Below are positions 25,001 to 34,457 of a DNA stretch of 64,000 bases, piece after piece (within the stretch, counting starts at the first letter, position 1; each line of letters opens with the position of its first letter). The stretch is from NCBI GenBank assembly GCA_000708835.1, contig DF237414.1:1-64000 (forward strand), in the 5' to 3' direction. A program made the position numbers and the translations under genes. The DNA is from Klebsormidium nitens. Lineage: Eukaryota; Plantae; Klebsormidiophyceae. The notes beneath the pieces were generated by a model. It was not told the origin of the DNA and made no database searches. It saw only the letters and a program-made list of their open reading frames with translations.

Positions 25001-28000
25001 TTGTTTTAGGACTTTGGAAGAACGGGTTCAACTGCTAATTGACTTTGGAAGCCCTCCTGATTATGAATAGACACGATCCCGAGTGGGGAGATGCATCAAC
25101 AATCAGGGGTTTGCTGATCTGACGTTGGGGTCCTAGACTGTTACGTCTCAGAATCGTAGTTTCGTCACCCTTTGTTGATCTGCGAGATCAGTGTCAGAAG
25201 AACTTGTGTGGCCCAATGCGAGCTCCATTCCTACAAGTGACGTGATCACTGACGCAGTCAATTTCGTCGTTCACTCGCCGTTTACAGAATATTGGATTGG
25301 TCCTCTTCGTATGACAATTTGAGCAGCTTTCTCTGCCATAGCTTCATCGTTCGGGTCGGAGTTCTGCGGTTCTTTTTTCTCAGGCAGGGCAGGCCTGAGG
25401 AAAGGAACAGTGGCGAGAAACCGAGCAGTCACAAAGAAGAAAGCTGTTCCGACAAGAATTGGGTTCCATTTCGACCGACTTTCGGCCTAGGAGGACTTCA
25501 AACAGTTGACACAGGTTGAGCGGAACGTGCGTGGTTCTGCAGCGTGTGCTAGGATTGCAGGATATCGAGCCACTTGGAGTTTGATTACTCTGAATACATG
25601 TATCGTCATTATCATTATACATTTCTTTGTGCTTTCCAGTTGGAAGAGCAGGACGCCAAGGCGCTGGCCAAGGAAGCGAAGAAGGCCAAGCGGGAGGGGG
25701 ACAAGGAGCAGGCGCGCGAGGAGAAGCGCAAGCTCAAAGGTGAGGGCGACTCACTGACGCTGTCGTTGACGTTTGCTCAATGCTTCTCAAATGGTTTGGA
25801 GAGTATTTCTTATACTATAAATAGTTGATATGCACAGTTGGGATCAGCTCACCGCTCTTCCTCCGGGGAACCAGTTATTGACAGGTGAAGAGAGGCCCGT
25901 GCTTATTGTCCGTCTTGAGCTACGCTGAGCAACTTTCCAGGCTCACGTTTGCCTTCCAGCAGCGCGGTTCGAGTTGTCGTCCAGATAACGGGTGGATTTG
26001 TTAGTACTGACATGGTTCGAAGCTGACTGTGAGTACAATGTCAATCCCCTGCCAATCGGTCCGTTTCCATTCGGTCACTTGATGGCTTCAAGAGGTATTT
26101 TTTCCCTTCAAGAAGGAGTCCTTCCCTTCCTTCGCATTCCCATTTGGGCCTTATCGTTGCTTCATCGAGCGGTCTTTGTATTGAGTGTTCCTTCTGCGGC
26201 AGGTTGTCTCGGGTCGGTGCAGGCCGGACCGATTCGCCAGCTTACATTCTTGCTGAGTTCAGCGCTCAGTAGAGACCCTCCGCTTTTCAGCTTGTTCAAG
26301 CTGTCCGACTATCAGGCTTCAATACTTCTATCATTCGCATCTGAGCAGCAAGAGAAGGAGCAGAAGCGAATTGAAGTAACTTTTCCGAGTCTATTGGGTG
26401 GGGCTTGACTGTCCCGTTCCTTTGGCTTCTGCAGCGGAAGAGGAGGAGCAGAAGCGGATCGAGGACGAGCTGAAGCGCATCAAGTACCCGATCGAGGACA
26501 CCGAGGTTCTGTTGGGGCCCTCGGAGAAGCCCCCCGGGCCGCGCCCCGCGCTTACCCGCGACTTTGCGGTGCCGCACGAGCTGGTCGGGAGCTTGCTCAT
26601 GGTCTGGGATTTTTTGATGTCCTTCAGGTAAGGGGAGCCTACCGTCCTTTTTCAAATGCCAGATTGGAAACATGGGTCGTCCAAAAGCTGGTGTGCAGAA
26701 CAGCGGGGATTGGGCTGTTTGATGCTTGGGAAGCCGGAACCATGTGCTTGTCGTTGGGCTTTAAAGCCTTGGGACGGGTGTCATTGGCGCTTTCTTCAGA
26801 GCTGCCCCTTAATGTTGATCCGAACCAAGCCCTTCACGCCACTATCACAAAAGTCCACAAGCGCAGGACGCACAATGTTCCGTTTCGCGCTTCGGATGAG
26901 GGCAGAAGGGCTCGCACAAGCGCGATGAATCTCTCTGCGAAGTCCCTTATCGCATCCGACTGACAATGAAACCCAATACGCGAGTGAAAAGGAAACGTCG
27001 ATCCTAATGGAAAAGTTGCTCATCCGCAGCCCTTACCTTGTGCAGGAAAGTCTCTAGAAAACTCAAAGCTCACTGTTTCTACTCATCTTCACGCAGCAAG
27101 CAAGTGAAGCTGTCTCCGTTCGCATTGGAGGAACTAGAGGCGGCGCTTCTGTACCGCGATGGCGAGGTGGCGATGCTGGCGGAGGTGCACTACGCGCTCA
27201 TGCGCGTCTGCCTCGACGACGCGGACCACTACGACCGCCTGTCGAGAAAGTCCAAGCGCGCGACGCAGGTTGGTTCTGTGGAATTATTTTTCTGGGTTAC
27301 CAAACTTTTTAGAATCGTACTGGCTTAGGTGCTGCTGACCGAGGTGTACTATGACCTGATGCGCGTCTGCCTCGACGACGCGGACCACTACGACCGCCTG
27401 TCGAGAAAGTCCAAGCGCGCGACGCAGGTGGGTTCCGTTGTTGCGAACTTCCAAAATATTCTGCTCATTGCAATACTGCTCGCCGCGGTGCATATGCACT
27501 CGTGCGCGGCTGCCTCAGGTGTGTGATTACTATGACTGCCACCCACGAACTGAAAAAGTGTGCAGCAGCAAGAGTCCTTGTGCGGTCACCCGTTTGGGTA
27601 TGTGGAAGTCTTTGCAGAGGACGCACGTCGAGAACGTCCATCTGAATAAGACGAAAGTGCGGCTTCGTGATATGATCACTCTTCAGAAAGCTGCCGCCAA
27701 TCTGCGGAACCCAAGCTACGTGATTGCATCCGACACTTCTGACTCCCAATTGGGAAACCCCCATGTGCGAAGATCCGGATTCCAAAGCTGTGCACTTGAC
27801 CACTCGACGCCTCATCCCTCCGTTTCACCGCTGCTAATTGAGAGCTAGGTCGAGAACATGTGCATCTACTTTGGCAGAAAAGGTGGTCATGGAACCCTTT
27901 TGTTTGGGGGCCTAGGAGATGTTAAACCTTCCTTTCTTGCAGCTGTCGCTCGAAAGCTGGACCAAAGACTTGGGCATCTAGGTAGCATAGGAGCGTCCCT

Positions 28001-31000
28001 GAGAACTCTGGTCTTTCTCAGCGTGCCGAGAAACGTTGGACACTTCATTCTCGCAGCTGTTGCCCGAGGGCTGGACCAAGGACCTGCGCAGCAACATTGA
28101 CGCCCGATGAACTTCGGAACCTTCGCGGGAGCCGGACCTAAAGCTCAAAACAACCACAAGGGCAGAACAGTGAACTTAAAACTCTTTCTTTTGAGCGAGC
28201 AGAAAATCGAAAGAGCCGTTTTTGTTTGCAGCTTTCGCTCGAGAGCTGGACCGAGGACCTGTGCAACTACATCGAGGCGCGCAACGAGGCCCGCGAAGAA
28301 CACGAAGAAGAAGCGTCCGAAGACGACGAGTCCCAAGGCGAGGCGTCCGATGCCGAGCCGTCCGAAAAAGAACAAGGAACGCCCAAGCAGAAGAAAGAGA
28401 AGGCGCCGGAACCTCCGGGGCCGTCGCCGAAGAGCGACGAGAGCTTTGCGGAGTGCGTGTCGGCGCTGCAGCGGGATCACTACTGGGACGAGATCGACGT
28501 GCGGAAGAAAGTGGCGCTGTTAGCGGCGCTGGTGGATCACGCAGTGCAGACCGAGATCATCAGGTGTGGAACATAATCAACTCTTTGCCCAGATTGCTTT
28601 GGTTCTGTTTTTGGCTTTCAATTTGCCGTTTGAATTGTGGATCTTCTTCTGTGCGGAATGAATTTGATTGGAAAGTGAGCACCAATGATTGGCGGGGTGC
28701 ACTTTTGGGACGGGATCGACGTGCGGAAGAAAGTGGCGCTCTTGGCGGCGTCCGTAGACCACGCTGTGCAGACCAAGATTATCAGGTAATGGGGACAGTT
28801 GACTGTTTGCCCATGTTTCATTGGTTTTTTCGATTATCTGCTAGTTGGGTCTGCTTCTGTGGTGAATCAACCTGTTTTGAAACTGAGCCCCAAGACGCGG
28901 GGGGGGCACTATTGGGACGAGAATCGACGACTGAAGGAAGTGGCGCTCTCGGCCGCACTTGCGAACCTTGCAAAGCAGACGGAAAGTATCAAGTGCGGGC
29001 AACGCTTGACTGTTTGCACAAGTTTGGTTGGCTTTCTTCTTCCTTCAACATGTCCGTGCAATTGTGAAGGTCTGCATGCGTCGCCCTTGGGCCGTCTGGA
29101 TCTTGACCCTTCGTTACTCTCGTGAGCTCCGTCTTGTTAATACTCCTCTGGATATCTTGCACTCGAAACGGAGATGTAAGGAAATTATGGTCTAGAACGG
29201 CCCGCTTCGGTCCTTCATCTGGCAATTTACCTGGATTGGCCCCTGTTTCGGAAATTCCTGGTTAGCCACTGTCCGTTGAATCCTGCCTGATGTTTCTCTG
29301 TTTCAAATTTTCTCTTTTTCTACCACATTGGAACGGGAGCCTAAGTAGACTTCATGCAAGCGAGGTCTGGACCAAACCTGGATGCATAGGTTGCTAAAGC
29401 GCGGGGGAAAACGCAGGAGATTCTGACACTCTGATGTAACGCAAAATGAACCTCACAACCATATCTCAGATCGGATTCCGTTCTCGCAGGGGTCAGCTGG
29501 ATCAGAACTGGGACGACCTTCAGCAGCTGAAGGCGCGCAAGCGCGAGGAAGATGCGGAGTGGCGGAAGCACCAGAGGGAGGAGAAGGCGCGGGCGCGCGC
29601 AGAGGGTATCGAGCAGCAAGGGACGACCGAGGGTGACGGGGAGATTGTGCTGGAGGAAGGGGAAGAGAACGGTGAGGGGAGTGAAGTGATATACGGCCAA
29701 GTCAGAGTGTTGATTGATCGACTGCGTTTCTTGAGGCGGTCGTGTCCATCCTTTGGGTACTACGGAAAGGTCTTTGTTCGCAAATCATTTCTGTCAATTG
29801 AATGACGTGCATTGATGCATCAGATACTTCTGAACAGTTTCCTGGGAAATGCATGCTCTAGTGAGCTCGGTAAAGGTTGAGATGATCAATGCGACTGAGC
29901 TCACGGCTTAACAGATACAAGCGAAAGTAAATAGAAATGTTCCCAGTGCAGTCTACAAAACCATGACTCTGAACGAGCGACTAAGAGCTTTGCAATTACC
30001 ATCTCACCCGCTTTTCGCCCCTGCCGATGTCCCCTCCGGACGTTCACCACTGCTTTCTTCGAAGAGGCGCGTGGGAACGCTTTCTGACGTCACCGTCTGT
30101 TTTGCAGGTGCGGCGGGAAGTGACGAGGAACAAGAAGCAAACGAGGAGGAAGAAGAGGATGCCGGAGAGGGCGAGGAGGGGGCCGCGAATGGCGTCAGCA
30201 GAAATGGGAGGGGGGGATCCCCCTCATCCAGCACAAATAGGTGCGGGCTCCTCTAAGCTTTTTCTGCGGTCCTTCTGAGAAATGGTCGCTCTCTCATTAT
30301 CTCGTTACGTTGTCCTGAGCAGTATCTCACACAACCTGCTCACTGCAGAGATTGGAACGCCTAGCCGCTATAATGGACGTCAACTCAGGCGGAGGGATCG
30401 GATTTGTGTTCGCAGGGCCTGCCCGAAGTGTTTCTGAAAATCTTGATCCAGAAACTTTGGTCAGCGGACTGTTGTCATAGCCGTATGGGAAGCTCACAAA
30501 GTTGCACGACCTGTTCTGGCTGCTTCATAGGGAGCAGGTCACCTGTTTTAGCAGCATCTTTGCCTAGAACGCCCGTCACCGAAATCGGAGCGGGTTCAGG
30601 AAACTACCCATCTGCTAAACCACATTTCTGAAAATCCATATGCAGTGTGGTTTCGTCTTTAACCCATGGCCACCGGCTTTTCGCTCGCCAATGCTTGGTC
30701 AAGAAATCGACCCACTTTCAAAGCTTTGCTCAGGATGCCCCAGCTCAGGACCTCACTGTCTGGGTGCTAACCCGCCGGTTTCGATCCCCTTGTGCAGCGC
30801 CCTGGCGCACATGTCTCAGGCGCAGGCGCGGTTGTTTCTGCAGCAGCAGCACGCGGCGGTCCGCGAGCGTGCTTTAACTTACGGTCACGAACGTTGACCC
30901 TGCCTGTTAGGCTTGACCCACATTTTTCTTTGTGCAGTGCACTTGCCGAGATGTCGCAAGCGCAGGCGAGACTGTTCCTGCTTCAACGTTGTGGTTAAAA

Positions 31001-33578
31001 CCCTTTATTGAGGTTTTTTTCGGATTATCGTAACTCTGGATGACCCATGTGAAGACCTTGCTTCGTTCTATCATTTCGGGCGCAGACCCATGCTTTCGCT
31101 CCCGTTGTGCAGCGCACTGGCGGGGATGTCGCGGGCGCAGGCGCGGCTGTTTTTGCTGCAGCAACGCGCTGCGGACCGCGAGCGGGCGGAGGAGGGCCGG
31201 CGCGCACAGTACGAGGAGCAGCGGCGGGCGCAGCGGGAGAAGGCGAAAGAAGCGGCAGCGGTGACGGCGGAGCGGAAGAAGCGGGAACAAGAGGAGGCGG
31301 AGCGGCAGAAAAGGGTGAGGTTTCAGGAGCGTACCAGAGACACTTCGGAGTCAGCTTCAGAATTTCGAATGCACTTTGCAGACTTGACACGTGTGCTCTG
31401 CCCATTGGAGGAGCTGTTGAACTTCACGTCCGACGACATTTTAAAGGAAAAATTTTCTAGAGAATGGCTTGCATGTGGGTGTGGCGCCTTGAGCGTTGAA
31501 CATGTTTCCCTGTTTTGAATTCTCTGACGTAAAGACATCATGATGCGCGGGGAGAAACGTACGCGTGTGTGAAACTTTCGACGGCTACTGAATAGCGTTT
31601 TCTCTGGAAGCAGTCGGAACTCTGCAGAAAATGGTCCACGATAACCTTTCTGGTCACGCTGACGGCATCTTGCTTACGCATAGACGGAGCAGTACGAGCG
31701 GGAGCTCGACAAGGTTGTCGCCAAACGCGTTGGACTAGCCTTTGGTTTTCAGCGCTCGGATGCGCACAACAAAGTAGACGGTCAGCGACTCACCCTTCTC
31801 ACATTGGTAACATCATCCTGACGAGATCGTGACGTCTTTCCTGACGCAGGAGGAGCAGTACGAGCGGGAGTTCGATAAGTACTTTGTGCGGCGGAAACCG
31901 CTGGGCCTAGACAAGGACCACAACCGGTACTGGTACTTCCCACGGGAGCCGCGTCTTTTCGTCGAGTCGGAGGACTCGGCCACGTGGGGCTACTACCAGG
32001 CAAAAGAGGAGGTGAGTTGTGCGCGGACAATCTCCCTTCTTCCCCCTTCTTTTTCAAGGTCTCAGGGCTGTCCAGTATATTGGACGTTCCCGTGCATGTG
32101 GGGCTACCACCAAGCAAAAGAGGAGGTGGGTCGCGCGGGGACAGTATTAAAAGGTGTATATTTCTTTCCCCTTCTTTTCCGAGAATTCAGCGCGCGACAG
32201 TCGCCAAAAGTGTATATTTCTGTCCCTTCTCTTTCGAAGTCTCGGGTCGGTTCTGCGTGGTACTGTTGGCTTTCACTTGGACGTTCTTGTGTATGTGGGG
32301 CTACGACCAGGCGAAAGAGGAGGTGAGCAGCGCGGTTGCAGCGCAGCCTGGCCTTAGAAGGGTGACGTTGGCTGTTGTGTGCACGCTTTGACTCGTTGAA
32401 GAAGCCTCGTTTTGAGAGCCCTGCGCCGCTTTCTTCTAAGTTGTAACTCTGCGACCTTCAACATTCTCGTGTTCTCCGTCCCAATTCCCGCTTTTGGAGG
32501 TCCCAGGATCAGAAGCGCGATCCGTCCAGCCAAAATGGTTTCATCGTCGTAGAGCAGTTAACATTCCAGTAACTTGCGCGTGCTTAATCATCCTCTCTCA
32601 TGATTGCAACGTGTTCCGCTCCCATTTACTCTTGGTTTTGTGATTACCAAGCTCCATGAATAATAAGGTCGGACCATCGAGCAGAACAAGCTAAAACCCC
32701 TAACCCAGTGGTTCACGGCGCTCGACACTCGAACCACCGGAGCCCTCAGCTATCCCCACCCGTTCCCCGGGCTTGACGTTATGGTTCATCGGCTTTACAT
32801 AAATAGACCCGCAACTTTTTTGCTCCCAGTTGGACGCACTCTTCACGTCCCTCAATCCGAAAGGCGTTCGGGAGCGGGGGCTGCAAAGGGCGCTCGAGCG
32901 ACACTATTCCAAAATCAGGTCAGGAGTTTGCGACCTCTATTCTACTCAGCTGGCCTAGGCAATTGGCATTGGCCTAAGCATTGACTTGATGTTTGTGAAT
33001 CGGTAATGCCTCGTTGTTGTCAGTCCTGCTTGTTGACTCTTGTTCCACCTTCTTGAGTGATGAAAATCTTCGGGGATGACAAGTCTTGTCGGTAGACTGT
33101 TTCATTGTGTTTCATCGTTAGTGGCACTCATTGTTTCATCAGTTGCAGTCAGCGACGTGAACGTGCTCGCACTGGACGCAAAGTTCGATGCTAGCGAAAC
33201 GGTCTTGAGAGGCTGCTTCCTCGGCGAAAGCATCATGACTTGAACTGCATCTTCCATAGCTGCTGTTATTGATTGGCGGTGGTATGTTCATGGAGTCCAA
33301 ACATGCCGATCACTTGCCACTAGTTGTTCTCACTTCCTGCATTGAAATAGACAGCATAACCCCTCATTTTCACAACACTCTGACTCCGAAAGGTTCTCAT
33401 GCGACCGTCAAAAATATCTTCCATTTCTTGCAGCGCCGCGCTTTCAAAGCGCTCAAGGGAGCTTTCACAAAAGCTTGCTCTGGACGAGGCAGCCATCCGA
33501 CGGTCTAGCAGAGTCAAGTCCGCTCCCCGTGCGGCCCCATTCTTGTCGTACGTCAACAAGTACACATCAGGATACTAA
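22079..33578 (+). CDS. DDW1: WAC-DDT-WHIM1-WSD chromatin-remodelling protein (ISWI partner, At5g08630/DDW1-like), about 15 exons
   Basis: WAC domain: MPLLKRKPY..VFKVRITGEVFREY..YRQRVWTCKATGKTNLTYEEALLSE. DDT domain: LVGSLLMVWDFLMSF..LSPFALEELEAAL. WHIM1: YWDEIDVRKKVALLAALVDHAVQT. WSD: PLGLDKDHNRYWYF..WGYYQAKEE..LDALFTSLNPKGVRERGL. C-terminus: RRSSRVKSAP..FLSYVNKY. Some internal exon limits are approximate. Confidence 0.92.
24511..24700 (+). repeat. Intronic copy of a DDT-gene acceptor and exon start
   Basis: gccag|GCGCAAGAAGTACCACTTTCAGAAGTGGCTC starts at 24519; the functional gctag|GCGCAAGAAGTACCCCCTTCAGAAGTCGCTC starts at 24656 (spacing 137). Confidence 0.85.
27170..27570 (+). repeat. Triplicated 3' end and donor of a DDT-domain exon
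   Basis: 71 nt are identical at 27200-27270 and 27359-27429. A third, decayed copy lies at about 27478-27570. Confidence 0.95.
27740..27821 (-). pseudogene. Degenerate tRNA-like sequence (tRNA pseudogene or tRNA-derived SINE head) in a DDT-gene intron
   Basis: The minus strand reads GGAGGGATGAGGCGTCGAGTGGTCAAGTGCACAGCTTTGGAATCCGGATCTTCGCACATGGGGGTTTCC. The D-arm/A-box-like segment and CTTTGGAATCC are tRNA-like. The B-box is poor and no acceptor stem closes. Confidence 0.35.
27930..28270 (+). repeat. Two intronic copies of a DDT-gene acceptor and exon start
   Basis: GCAGCT-TCGCTCGAGAGCTGGACC-like units start at 27939, 28053 and 28228 (functional). Confidence 0.8.
28478..28995 (+). repeat. 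Triplicated WHIM1-encoding exon end and donor
   Basis: TGGGACG..AAGAAAGTGGCGCT..CAGAC..ATCAG units start at 28484, 28706 and 28913 (spacings 222, 207). The downstream intron sequence (gactgtttgc..ttgg) is also repeated. Confidence 0.9.
30785..31200 (+). repeat. Triplicated acceptor and exon start (SALAxMSxAQARLFL)
   Basis: TGTGCAG-anchored units start at 30791, 30931 and 31106 (functional); all three keep the AG. Confidence 0.92.
31980..32330 (+). repeat. Triplicated WSD exon end and donor (WGYxQAKEE|GT)
   Basis: GTGGGGCTAC(T/C/G)ACCA(G/A)GC(A/G)AAAGAGGAG|GTG starts at 31984, 32098 and 32295. Confidence 0.92.
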
Positions 33579-34457
33579 CTCGCCTGGCGCTGAAAGTGTA
33601 TCCAGTTGGTGCGAAGATACCTTCAAAGGCCTGCCTTTCCACCTATATTGCTTTGCCCTCTGGAAGCCTGCTCATTCATCGCATGCATTTGGACAATCTG
33701 TGAGTGTCAAAATGATGATACTAAATCCTTTACTTTTGGTCATGTGTTGCTACGGCTTCATGATTCCCGAGTATTTGACCGGAGCTCATGTGAGGTTCTG
33801 GTTTGTCAACAAACCGCTGACGGGACCTGGCCCCGTGGATCATTCCTTTCAATGCAACTGGAACTAGCTATGGTCACATGCAACCCTGCTCCAAAAAGGA
33901 TTGATTTGCGGATTCACACGCAGGCCGTGCAGCTTCCCTGATTGGTTGTCATGATCAGAGATCCCCTGGCAACGAATGCAATGTACGTGGACGCTACAAG
34001 GAACAGTGACTGATCTTCGAGCACTGAACGCATTGCAAGTTCACAGAAGCACTTGATTGCTCATGAGCTTTGGCTACATACGTCGAGCTTCATCGACCCA
34101 AGTATAACCATTACCTGAGTTGCATGGAAGTGCATAATCCAAGACACTGGGATTGCAGCCAGAGAAACCTTTTAGCTTCGGCCTGCACCTTATGTGGTAC
34201 CTAATGGGGGCCCATCATCAGGTGGTATCACAAAAATCGTTCGGACTCTGTACTGGCGGGTTCTGGCGCGTTATATTAACCGTATCTGACAGCTTCGGGA
34301 ATATCAATGTACTGACTGTCAGAGTGACCCCTCTACTCTAGGAGCTCTACACAGCGCTCCCAAAAGAATTGGATGGTGAACTATTGACTTCTATGATTTT
34401 ACCTAAGTATTGGCGGTCAACTGTTTCGCATAGGTCTTGTACTTTCTATCTAGGGCC

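Noticed and set aside
16560-32330. Regularly spaced direct repeats with unique spacers, superficially CRISPR-like
   Set aside because: The units are copies of exon-intron junctions in eukaryotic genes, they are divergent and unevenly spaced, and no cas genes are present.
32700-32790. Pol III A-box-like TAACCCAGTGGTTCACGGCGCTCGAC
   Set aside because: No B box at a proper distance and no cloverleaf.
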